The notes under the pieces are model-generated. The model ran no database searches. It was not told where the DNA came from and worked only from the letters and a program-made list of their open reading frames with translations. From Candidatus Omnitrophota bacterium (lineage in GTDB: Bacteria; Omnitrophota; Gorgyraeia; Pluralincolimonadales; Pluralincolimonadaceae), in the NCBI GenBank assembly GCA_028716565.1, contig JAQUPL010000008.1:13067-77066 (forward strand): a stretch of 64,000 bases of DNA. Reading direction: 5' to 3'. Shown here piece after piece: positions 44,174-53,124 of this stretch. A program made the position numbers and the translations under genes. The first letter of the stretch is position 1; every line of letters begins with the position of its first letter.

Positions 44174-46408
44174 CTAACTTTTTTTCAGCGCCGTCAGTTC
44201 TGTAATTATATTGCCTGCCCAGCGGTACACGTTATTTTCTGTAACTATTTTACGCATGTTTTCCATGCGTTTTTTCCTCTCTTCGGCAGGCATTTCCACC
44301 GCAAATTTTATGGCGTCGGCGAATTCTTCTATAGAATAAGGATTTATCTGGACCGCGTCTGTCAGTTCCCTCGCGGCCCCCGTAAAACGGCTCAGGACCA
44401 AAACGCCGTCCAGATTCTTATTTGAGATAACATATTCCTTTGCTACCAGATTCATCCCGTCATGCAGGGAACTCACGATGCAAACATCCGCTAAAGCATA
44501 ATACGGCTTGATCTCTTCCGGAGAAAAATGCCTCTTTAAGTATATGATCGGTTTCCAGTTCCCGTCATAATGCTTCCAGTTGACTTTCTCGACCGCCTCA
44601 TCTATCTCCGCCATCAGGTCATGGTAGCGCTTTATATGGATCCTGCTTGGAGCTGCCAATTGAAGAAAAACAAACTTACCTTTATATTGAGGATATTTCT
44701 CCAAAAACCTGTCTATGGCGGACATCCTTTCTATTAGTCCCTTCGTGTAGTCGATCCTCTCCACCCCGACAGCGACTATCTTGCCTTCCAGCTCAAATTC
44801 CTTAGATAATTCGTCTATTTCAGCTAAATCCTGCTTAGTAGTCTCACCCATATAAGTATCTACGCTTATCGGGAAGGCGCGGACAAAAGTCTCTTTTCCG
44901 GCCCGTACTATGCTAAATTTTTCCGTGTCAACGCGGGATTCGAGAAGCCTGTTTGCAGTATCGAGAAAATTATTGCAGTGATATTGCACATGAAAACCTA
45001 TCAAATCACAAGCTAACATTCCATCCAGAATTTCTTTTTGATAGGGGCAGGTAGCGAATATCTCGGGATTCGGCCACGGTATATGCCAGAATAGCGCTAC
45101 GGTCGCGTTAGGTTGTTTTTCCTTTATCATCTTAGGAAGAAGCGTAAAATGATAATCCTGAATAAAGACAAGGGGATTTTTCGCGGGCAACTCTTCCAAG
45201 ACGGCGTCGGCAAATTTCTGGTTTACTTCCTTGTACATCTGCCAGTCGGACTCCCGAAATAGGGGCCGAGTATGGGTAATGTGACAAAGCGGCCATAATC
45301 CTTCATTGGAAAAACCATAGTAATAACCCTGCTCTTCCTCTTTTGTCAGCCAGACTCTTTTGAGAATATAACGGTTATCTTCAGGCGGAACGGCTAGTTT
45401 GTTCTTGGAGTTTACAAATTTTCTGTCCGCATTCCCGCTTCCGTGAGCGATCCATGTCCCGCCGCAAGCCTGCAATATGGGGTCTACGGCGGTAACAACG
45501 CCGCTTGCAGGCCTAATACACCTGGTTTCCCCGCTTGTGTCCTCGATGACATGCATATAAGGTTCCCTGTTTGAGACCACGCATAAAGCGTTTTCGCCTA
45601 ACTTGGCAAGGACAACGTTTCGGAGCTTTGCTTCTGTCCACAAATCCTCATTCTCTAAGCGAACTTGAGCTTCACCGGAGATTGTTTTACGCGCGATCCT
45701 TAAACTCAAAGCTATCTGCTCGACTTCACTGGCAAGTTTTCCAAACGCGCCTTTTTCTTTCGTTATCGGATGCTGTTTGTCTATCTCGCCTTTTTGAAAA
45801 AGATGGAACCACTCGGTAAGCTGGAGAACGGGCAAAATAAATATCCGCCTCTGCAGCAACACCATGATTAACGTGATAGATACGACCAAAATTATCAGGG
45901 CAGTGCTTACATGCCTCCATAGCTCCGTCAGCGTCGTAAAAACATACGAGGTATCGTAAACAACCTCTACCACACCCAAAACATTTTTTTCGTCATCCAG
46001 AACAGGAAGGACGTAGCTGTACACGGAATATTCCTTGAATTTTTCCAGCGCTCCGCGGGGATTTTTCGTCTCCAATGCTTCTTTAATATAAGGCTTGTCT
46101 TTCTGTCCCCAATCGGATATCCTGGAGGTGATCGACAATACTTTGCCATCCTTGTCGTAAATCACGCATCCCTGGAGCCTTTCTCTCTTTTGAAAGCTTT
46201 CCGTAAGACGGTTAGTCGATCTTAAGTCGTTGTTGATCAAAACGTACTTTACGGATAATTCGGTGCTTTCGGCAACAGTTTTTGCCTTTCTTTGAAGGTC
46301 ATCCATCAACTTGCCTTCTTCAAAATTAACTTGCACTATGCCGAATACCGTAAAGACCAAGGCAACGATGATCAGGATCGGTAAAATAAACAATAGTATT
46401 CGTCTCAT
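44174..46408 (-). CDS. otsA: membrane sensor-HAMP-OtsA fusion: TM1, roughly 140-aa extracytoplasmic domain, TM2, HAMP-like linker, then alpha,alpha-trehalose-phosphate synthase (GT20)
   Basis: Residues 1-190 carry two hydrophobic helices flanking a periplasmic-type domain. Residues 190-250 form an amphipathic HAMP-like segment. From about residue 330 there are classic OtsA motifs (GFSNEGLWPLCH, FIQDYHFTLLP, LHDGMNLVAKEY). Confidence 0.8.
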   Translation of the reverse strand: MRRILLFILPILIIVALVFTVFGIVQVNFEEGKLMDDLQRKAKTVAESTELSVKYVLINNDLRSTNRLTESFQKRERLQGCVIYDKDGKVLSITSRISDWGQKDKPYIKEALETKNPRGALEKFKEYSVYSYVLPVLDDEKNVLGVVEVVYDTSYVFTTLTELWRHVSTALIILVVSITLIMVLLQRRIFILPVLQLTEWFHLFQKGEIDKQHPITKEKGAFGKLASEVEQIALSLRIARKTISGEAQVRLENEDLWTEAKLRNVVLAKLGENALCVVSNREPYMHVIEDTSGETRCIRPASGVVTAVDPILQACGGTWIAHGSGNADRKFVNSKNKLAVPPEDNRYILKRVWLTKEEEQGYYYGFSNEGLWPLCHITHTRPLFRESDWQMYKEVNQKFADAVLEELPAKNPLVFIQDYHFTLLPKMIKEKQPNATVALFWHIPWPNPEIFATCPYQKEILDGMLACDLIGFHVQYHCNNFLDTANRLLESRVDTEKFSIVRAGKETFVRAFPISVDTYMGETTKQDLAEIDELSKEFELEGKIVAVGVERIDYTKGLIERMSAIDRFLEKYPQYKGKFVFLQLAAPSRIHIKRYHDLMAEIDEAVEKVNWKHYDGNWKPIIYLKRHFSPEEIKPYYALADVCIVSSLHDGMNLVAKEYVISNKNLDGVLVLSRFTGAARELTDAVQINPYSIEEFADAIKFAVEMPAEERKKRMENMRKIVTENNVYRWAGNIITELTALKKS

Positions 46409-46412
46409 ATGA

Positions 46413-47438
46413 TTATCCCTTCATTTCAATGCGTGTCCGCGGTAAACATTCGGGGAAGCGTCGTTGTAAAAACTCCACAAGATTTTCCCTGACTTCACAA
46501 CGTAAGTCCCACATAGCGGGAGAATCCGCTGCGCTCATAAGCGCCCGCAACTCGACTGTTTTGTCAGTTACATTGGTAACCTGCAGCGCATCGACCTTTT
46601 TATCCCACTTTGTGCTGTTTTTGAGAATACGCGTTAATTCATTACGGACTTCTTTCACGGGTACGGTGTAATCGGTATAGATAAGAACAGTTCCCAGTAA
46701 ATCTGCTGAAGTCCGCGTCCAATTCTGAAATGGTTTTTCGAGAAAATATGATATGGGGACTACCAAACGCCTCAGGTCCCAAATACGCACTACCACAAAA
46801 GTGAGGGTAATTTCCTCGATCCAGCCCCATTCATCCTCGATAATGACCACATCATCCAGCCTAATTGGCTGGGCAATGGCTATCTGAATGCCGGCGATGA
46901 GATTCCCCAGCGTTTTTTGCGCGGCAAAACCTATAACTACCCCGACAATTCCTGCCGAGGCCAATATGCTTACACCTATATGCCTGACTTGCGGGAAACT
47001 CATCAGCATAAAGGAAACGGTTAACAAAACTATGACCACGATCATGATATTGGCGATCACGCGCATTTGCGTATGCATACCACGAGCACGCACATTGTCC
47101 CGAACCGTGATATCATAACGGTTCAAAAACGCATCGCGAAGAATATAGACAATCTTAATAGCGACCCAACCAAACAACGCAATAAGCAGGATATAGATAA
47201 AATGGCCGATAAAGCCGCGCGCCTTTTCCGGTAGACGTAATAAAGGGATGACCCCCGCGATACATAAAGCTGGTATCAAAAAACGTAACGGACTTTTGAG
47301 AAGCCCCAGGTTGACCTTAAACAATTTTAAGGAAATAGTATCCCGCCGTTTAATTAAAAATGCAGCAAAAAAATAAATTATACAACCGACAATAAAGCTA
47401 GAGGCTATTAAAATGCCCGAAAACAAATAATCATTCAT
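46413..47438 (-). CDS. small-conductance mechanosensitive channel (MscS family)
   Basis: Three TM helices, then the conserved MscS beta-domain (GNLIAGIQIAIAQPIRLDDVV). Confidence 0.85.
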   Translation of the reverse strand: MNDYLFSGILIASSFIVGCIIYFFAAFLIKRRDTISLKLFKVNLGLLKSPLRFLIPALCIAGVIPLLRLPEKARGFIGHFIYILLIALFGWVAIKIVYILRDAFLNRYDITVRDNVRARGMHTQMRVIANIMIVVIVLLTVSFMLMSFPQVRHIGVSILASAGIVGVVIGFAAQKTLGNLIAGIQIAIAQPIRLDDVVIIEDEWGWIEEITLTFVVVRIWDLRRLVVPISYFLEKPFQNWTRTSADLLGTVLIYTDYTVPVKEVRNELTRILKNSTKWDKKVDALQVTNVTDKTVELRALMSAADSPAMWDLRCEVRENLVEFLQRRFPECLPRTRIEMKG

Positions 47439-47442
47439 GATT

Positions 47443-48897
47443 TTAAATCCTTTCTCGAGTCAGTCTGTCGAGGATCGCACGCAGCGATACCAGCCCGATA
47501 GTCGTCTGTTGGTCGTTTAACGCGTAAGGGATAATAAGCGTATCGCTATGGACCATTGCTCCGCACGAATAGACGACGTTCGGAACATACCCCGAACGAC
47601 TATTATCCTCCCAATGAATAAGCGGTTCGCTCAACCGGCCAATTACACGCGAAGGATCTTCGCGGTCAAGCAGGGCAGCGCTGATCGAATATTGGCGCAT
47701 CGGCCCGACGCCGTGGGTTAGGAGCAGCCACCCGCGGTCGGTCTCTATCGGAGAACCGCAATTCCCTATCTGCACGAACTCCCATGGATATAATGGACTC
47801 ATTAATGGAACGGCCTCATGCCAGAAATGGATATTATCGGAATACATAAGGAAAAGGTTCTCGTTATCGTTCCGGGAAACCATCGCGTAACGGCCATTTA
47901 TCTTGCGCCGGAACAAAGCCATCCCCTTATTGACCGCCGCCCTGCCGTTCAAGGTGATCATTTTAAAACGGATAAAATCTTCCGTCTCCATTATTTGCGG
48001 CAGGATAACCCTGCCGTCATACGCCGTATATGTGGCGTAATATTTCCCGCTTCCATCATCATTCTTAAAATATACGAAACGCGCATCCTCCATACCGTTC
48101 TGCTCGCTTGGAGAAAGCGGGAACAGGACGCGTTCTGAAAGCGGGAACTTCGGATCGAAAGTAGCTTCATAATTACATCGTGCCAGCCACAAGATCTTTT
48201 CGCAGGTAAGTTTGTCTGTCTGGGTTATCGGATGATGGCCTGCAGTGTAATCCCTGACCTTCTCTTCCAGCTGCTCCATGGTAAACTTTTCCGGTAACGG
48301 GTCCGTAATGTATTTTGAGCAGTTATTCTCCAGCCCCATTTCATAGAGTTTTCCGATGAAACACATCTTATCATAAAGAGCGCTCGGTTTCGGTTCGGCG
48401 GTACACGCGAGACCGGAAGTTTTGTCAATCGATACAGTTCCATATTTGTCTATGAGCCCCGAACGGAACACTAATGTAGATATCTGCCCCTCGCCTGTGG
48501 CGCGCAAAGAAATAATAAAACGCAGGGATCCTTCGGAAACCCCGGATTGGTCGGGATGCGCTACAATAGAAGGATTGAAGAGACCCGTTGATTCATATGA
48601 ACGCTCGCCGATGAAGTACGCTCCTATGAGAAGCCTGCGCGTTTTAGAGGGTGCAAAATCGGGAGGCATATATGCGCAGATGACCTCGAACTGGCGCTCA
48701 AGGATAGAATCAAAATTATGGTGTCGCGCTGAAAAATCCCGTACGGTCTTCTTCAATTCTTCTTCCGCGGCGGACTCGTCAAGAGCCATAATGCGCGAGA
48801 CGATCCCCGGGACGCGTGATTGATTCCCTGGAATGTACGGCCTGATGATGACGCGCCCGCTATCAGGGGCGATGACTATACCGGTATTCTTTATCAT
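47443..48897 (-). CDS. two-domain protein: unknown roughly 250-aa N-terminal domain plus GH130-family (beta-propeller glycoside phosphorylase/transferase-like) C-terminal domain
   Basis: C-terminal DARFVYF ... YYATYTAYDG and further GH130-like motifs. Confidence 0.6.
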   Translation of the reverse strand: MIKNTGIVIAPDSGRVIIRPYIPGNQSRVPGIVSRIMALDESAAEEELKKTVRDFSARHHNFDSILERQFEVICAYMPPDFAPSKTRRLLIGAYFIGERSYESTGLFNPSIVAHPDQSGVSEGSLRFIISLRATGEGQISTLVFRSGLIDKYGTVSIDKTSGLACTAEPKPSALYDKMCFIGKLYEMGLENNCSKYITDPLPEKFTMEQLEEKVRDYTAGHHPITQTDKLTCEKILWLARCNYEATFDPKFPLSERVLFPLSPSEQNGMEDARFVYFKNDDGSGKYYATYTAYDGRVILPQIMETEDFIRFKMITLNGRAAVNKGMALFRRKINGRYAMVSRNDNENLFLMYSDNIHFWHEAVPLMSPLYPWEFVQIGNCGSPIETDRGWLLLTHGVGPMRQYSISAALLDREDPSRVIGRLSEPLIHWEDNSRSGYVPNVVYSCGAMVHSDTLIIPYALNDQQTTIGLVSLRAILDRLTRERI

Positions 48898-51173
48898 TCC
48901 TCCAAGGGCTCCTTAAGACTTTCGAGAACATTTTCCATCTCTGTCATCTCGGTCAGGGAAAGAAGAAATGAAAGCGTAGATTCAGCGCCTTGATTGCGGT
49001 TCACCCTGTTAATGTGAAGCCCGTCGCAGCATCCGCCCGTCACCGGGTCATATAGTGAAATGCCGAGATCGTTGCTACCGAGGAACCACTGAAAAACATT
49101 TAAGGCTTCCTCGTACCACATCTTGTCTTTTGTTACGCGATAGGCATCGAGGCATGCCGAAACGGTAGCATAGGCTTCCACCGGTTGCTGGTCAAAGACA
49201 GGCTTGACCCCGCCGCGAATGTATTCGCCATCCGTGCCTACCGGCTGGAAATGGCCGCGGGACGAGGTCTGTACCTTCGTAAGCCAACTTAAAGACTCAA
49301 CCCCGGATCTCAGCATCTCTTCGTTATCGAGATCGTGTCCGCTTAACAAAAGGGCATGGGGTAATTTGGCGTCGCAATACGTCAGGGATGATTCAAACCA
49401 TCGCCATTCCGCATCGCTATTTGCCTTGTAAAGATCGTGAAGCCGAGCAGCGAGTGTCTGCAGGCAGTTGCGTGCGAGCCTGTCCCCGTGAAAACGCTGC
49501 AGATATTCATGTATACCTAGCAATATGAAAGCCCATGCGCGCGGCGAAGTAAACGACACCGAAGGGGCAAGCGCCTTTTCGAATAACTCGACCGACATCT
49601 GGGTAAAACCTTCATTTTTTGACCGCCCGATGCAGGTACCGATAGCCCATATCGCCCTACCGTGGCAATCTTCGCTGGACGTTTCTTCTTTCCAATTTCG
49701 CTGGAAGGTCAGGAAATTCCTGAACCGTACCATGGAGGGATCCCACGCGTATTTGACAAACCCGAGGTAACGGCTCGAGAGATCGTTGATCTTAAGAGGA
49801 TTTATGGTACCGAGGTTCTCAAGCAGGACGGTCAGGATGAGCGCCCGCGCATTGTCGTCTGTGCAATACCCTTCGGAAAAGTTGGGGACATTGAACGTGG
49901 CATGCTGGAAGATCCCGATGGAATCGGTCATCCTTACGAGATGATCTAGCTTGATATCGGGCAATACGGGAACCTGTTGTTCAAGAGGATACATCGTCAC
50001 CTTCTTTTGCGTCGCTGGAGAACGTTTCATTTTTGCTTCTTCAAAGATCGACGTATATTTTGACGCAACATTGCTCCATATCATCTCGCGGCCTAAAAGA
50101 TAGGCATTCTTGCGCATCGTATTACGTTCGTTTTCATTGACGATAAGCCTTGTAACCGCCTGCCCTATCGCTTCCGGATCGTTGAACGGTACAAGAATGC
50201 CCCTGCCGTCGCTGAGCAGTTCGGCGGCATGCCAGTATGGGGTCGAGATTACCGCGTTTCCTACGCCGAACGAATAGGCAAGGGTCCCGGAAACTACCTG
50301 CGCTTCTTCAAAATACGGGGTAATATAAATATCGGCGAGCACGAGCAACTCTTTAAGTTCTTCAGAAGATACGAAACGATTATGAAAAATGACATTACGC
50401 GAGATCTCAAGCTCATCGCAAAGACGTTGTAAAAAAAGCCTGTATGATTCACCCTCGTGTCTTAATAGATTGGGATGCGTAGCGCCGACGACTATGTATA
50501 CGGTGCTCGGACGCTCTTTTATGACTTTGGGAAGTGCGCGCAGGACTACCTCTATCCCCTTGCGCGGAGAAAGCAGCCCAAACGTAAGGAGCACGGTCTT
50601 GCCCTCAACCCCATACTGGTCTTTATAGAAATTCGGGTCGATGAAAGAAACGTCGGGTATCCCGTGCGGGACCAGCCGTATCTTAGATCCGTGTATCTTA
50701 TTTACTGCCTGAAGGATGTCGGCAGCCTTTTGCGTCATTACGACCGCATAATCAGACAGGCCAAGCAATTCATCCATAACGCGTCTCTGGCGCGCGGACG
50801 GATTTTTCAGTACCGTATGCAGGGTCGTTATTATGGGCATCTTCAATTGGCGTAATAAAGCCAATATATAACCGCCTGCGTCGCCTCCAAAAATACCGAA
50901 TTCGTGCTGAAGACAGACAACATCGATGTCGTTGAGGTTGAGGAAATCCGCTGCGGCTTTGTACGAGTCTATATCCTGCTCCTTGATCTCGAAACGTACG
51001 CGTTCCGGATAATCGTAACCTTCCTCGATATCCGTGACAGGTATCGCGAATACCTGGACAGAAGGGTTCAAGGCCGCGAACGCCTCGCAGATATCCGTGG
51101 TAAAAGTCGCGATGCCGCAGCGTCTGGGAAGATAATTTCCTATGAACGCTATCTTTTTGATATCATTGGCCAT
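48894..51173 (-). CDS. GT4-family glycosyltransferase fused to a C-terminal (alpha/alpha)6 glycosidase-like domain
   Basis: The N-terminal roughly 390 aa carry GT4 motifs (E-x7-E region, GGIPE-like). The C-terminal roughly 370 aa form a six-hairpin-like domain. The gene overlaps the GH130 start by 4 nt. Confidence 0.7.
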   Translation of the reverse strand: MANDIKKIAFIGNYLPRRCGIATFTTDICEAFAALNPSVQVFAIPVTDIEEGYDYPERVRFEIKEQDIDSYKAAADFLNLNDIDVVCLQHEFGIFGGDAGGYILALLRQLKMPIITTLHTVLKNPSARQRRVMDELLGLSDYAVVMTQKAADILQAVNKIHGSKIRLVPHGIPDVSFIDPNFYKDQYGVEGKTVLLTFGLLSPRKGIEVVLRALPKVIKERPSTVYIVVGATHPNLLRHEGESYRLFLQRLCDELEISRNVIFHNRFVSSEELKELLVLADIYITPYFEEAQVVSGTLAYSFGVGNAVISTPYWHAAELLSDGRGILVPFNDPEAIGQAVTRLIVNENERNTMRKNAYLLGREMIWSNVASKYTSIFEEAKMKRSPATQKKVTMYPLEQQVPVLPDIKLDHLVRMTDSIGIFQHATFNVPNFSEGYCTDDNARALILTVLLENLGTINPLKINDLSSRYLGFVKYAWDPSMVRFRNFLTFQRNWKEETSSEDCHGRAIWAIGTCIGRSKNEGFTQMSVELFEKALAPSVSFTSPRAWAFILLGIHEYLQRFHGDRLARNCLQTLAARLHDLYKANSDAEWRWFESSLTYCDAKLPHALLLSGHDLDNEEMLRSGVESLSWLTKVQTSSRGHFQPVGTDGEYIRGGVKPVFDQQPVEAYATVSACLDAYRVTKDKMWYEEALNVFQWFLGSNDLGISLYDPVTGGCCDGLHINRVNRNQGAESTLSFLLSLTEMTEMENVLESLKEPLEE

Positions 51174-51237
51174 CTTGTCTATCTCCGGCTACAAATAAAG
51201 AACCATCTGATTTTTCGTCAGATGGCGGCCCGACCAT
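51163..51237 (-). promoter_or_regulatory. leader ORF (24 aa, SD GGAGGA) spanning a terminator-like hairpin (CCATCTGA-7 nt-TCAGATGG plus U-tract, 51193-51225) and ending inside the GT4 start: candidate attenuator
   Basis: Hairpin stem at 51203-51210 and 51218-51225. The U-tract UUCUUUAUUUGU follows on the minus strand, and the GT4 SD GGAGAU and ATG come immediately after. Leader ATG at 51237, stop TGA at 51165..51163. Confidence 0.4.
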
Positions 51238-51354
51238 CAAAAATCCTCCGAAAATATGTTTTCTATTCTCGGACCCTTTTAATTACTTCATAAGTATAAC
51301 ATATTTTTTTTGAAAAACAACCTTTAATCGCGGCGTGGACGGAAGAAATAAAGG

Positions 51355-52698
51355 CTATATTCTCCCCTTGATGATTTTGATTATTCTCAATAACATCCCC
51401 GTAAGACTCTTCCTTCTCGGATGGTATTCAGGATAAAGCTCTTCGATAACCTTCCCCGTTTCCACTTCTATGGATGAGGATTTCTTTACAGCGAGGACTT
51501 GGGACGGGTAAACACTTCTATGGCCGGTCATCAGAAAGCTTATAATACACCCTAGAGTGGCGTAAGGAGCTACGGTGGGCCCAAAGAGTTCGACCGCCAT
51601 AATACTTGCCGCTATAGGCGTATTAGCTGCCCCCGCTAATAGGCTGACCATGCCGATCGCGGCGAAAGTCGCTACATCAAGGCCTAAGAATTTCGCAAAT
51701 ACCACCCCTGCTGCCGAACCGACAAAAAATATCGGCGTAACTATGCCGCCGCTTCCGCCAAAATTAAGCGTAACGCTTGTGAAAATTATCTTTAATATAA
51801 ACGCGTACCAGATAATATTCACCCCTTGCAGGCAGGATTGGATTGTATCCAAGCCGAGGCCGAGATATTGTTTCGAAAATATCAGCGCCAGGACTACAAT
51901 GGCAAAACCGCCGATAAGACCTTTTAACGGCTTCCATACCCTGACCTTATTCGAAAGCTTTTCGGCTAATTTCAATATCTCTATCATGAACGCGGCGCAT
52001 AAGCCGAAAAAGATTCCGGATAAGACTACTTTAATAAAAAATGCGTTGCTGAAGATGGGAATGAGATTTATCTGGCCATGAAAATAAGTTATTCCAAGGG
52101 ACGAGGAAACGTGGTAGCTGATTATTCCTGCTATAAAAGAGGGCAAAAGGACGTCATATAATATACTGCCTACAAAAAGCACTTCGACGCCGAATATAGC
52201 GCCGGCTATGGGTGTGCCAAAAACCGAAGCGAAACCGGCGCTTATGCCGCATATGACCAGTTTTCTCCTGTCTTTGTCGTCAAATCTAAAAATATCCGCG
52301 GCAACGGAGGAAAGCCCGCCTCCTATTTGAGCGCACGGTCCTTCCTTCCCCGCCGAGCCCCCTGCCGCTATAGTAATGATCGTCGTGATAAGCTTGACGG
52401 GGATGACCGCTGCTTTTATCTTTCCTGCGTGCTTATGTACAGCTTCGATAACCTTCTCTGTCCCATGGCCTTCGGCGTCAGGCGCCAGATATTTGATCAT
52501 TAGGGCACTTAAAAACAACGCGAGTGGCAGTATAAGGAAATAATAGTTATACTTCCCGCTAAATGCCGTGCTCCAGTTCAGCATCTTCAAAAACAGGGTC
52601 GTAGACAAGCCGACAATGATCCCTATGAATGTCGCAAGGACGACCCATTTTATGATACTGATAAAAAGGACTGTTTCTTCCGCTAATCTTCTTCTCAA
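51355..52698 (-). CDS. ClC-family chloride channel / H+:Cl- antiporter
   Basis: GSGIP-like, GKEGP and GxFxP-type selectivity motifs. 447 aa with about 10-12 helices. TTG start. Confidence 0.8.
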   Translation of the reverse strand: MRRRLAEETVLFISIIKWVVLATFIGIIVGLSTTLFLKMLNWSTAFSGKYNYYFLILPLALFLSALMIKYLAPDAEGHGTEKVIEAVHKHAGKIKAAVIPVKLITTIITIAAGGSAGKEGPCAQIGGGLSSVAADIFRFDDKDRRKLVICGISAGFASVFGTPIAGAIFGVEVLFVGSILYDVLLPSFIAGIISYHVSSSLGITYFHGQINLIPIFSNAFFIKVVLSGIFFGLCAAFMIEILKLAEKLSNKVRVWKPLKGLIGGFAIVVLALIFSKQYLGLGLDTIQSCLQGVNIIWYAFILKIIFTSVTLNFGGSGGIVTPIFFVGSAAGVVFAKFLGLDVATFAAIGMVSLLAGAANTPIAASIMAVELFGPTVAPYATLGCIISFLMTGHRSVYPSQVLAVKKSSSIEVETGKVIEELYPEYHPRRKSLTGMLLRIIKIIKGRI

Positions 52699-52852
52699 CT
52701 TATCATGCCGCCCTATTTTGCTAATTTATTATTCCAAAAAACATGACCGAACCCCAAACAATACCTAATGCCAAACCGGATACCTCCAAATCTTGCTATG
52801 CCATGGCAATCTTTCTTTCCATTGGCCAAGAAATTCTATATACAGGTATTAA

Positions 52853-52879
52853 TTATAGTCCCGATGCGGGGATTATCAA
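52853..52879 (-). promoter_or_regulatory. TTGATA-16-TATAAT promoter (repeat-motif core) embedded in the 3' end of the thioredoxin-like gene, oriented toward the ClC gene (roughly 150-nt leader)
   Basis: -10 at 52858..52853. The -35 at 52879..52874 overlaps the trx-like stop codon. Confidence 0.45.
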
Positions 52880-53118
52880 GGGAATTTAACCAGGATTTTC
52901 TTTATTTCTTCCTTGCTCAATACCTTGCCAGCTGATACCACAGCACCATCTACCGCCAAAGCAGGTGTCGTCATTACGCCATATTCTACAATCTTTCCGA
53001 TATCTGACATTTTAGAGATCTCTGCGGAAATGTTTAGCTCTTTTACCGCTGCCTCGGCGTTTGCCGTAAGCTGTTTGCACTTCGGACAACCCATGCCTAA
53101 AATTTCTATTTTCATCAT
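52876..53118 (-). CDS. thioredoxin-family small redox protein (redox-active disulfide protein 2-like)
   Basis: 80 aa with a CPKC active site (GMGCPKCK). Confidence 0.7.
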   Translation of the reverse strand: MMKIEILGMGCPKCKQLTANAEAAVKELNISAEISKMSDIGKIVEYGVMTTPALAVDGAVVSAGKVLSKEEIKKILVKFP

Positions 53119-53124
53119 TTCTCC

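Noticed and set aside
51226-51260. Inverted (plus-orientation) AAAAATCC motif resembling the repeat-promoter UP region upstream of the GT4 leader
   Set aside because: It lacks a matching -35/-10 pair at correct spacing and points at no plus-strand gene. It is probably part of the leader RBS region (GGAGGATTTTTG), not a promoter copy.
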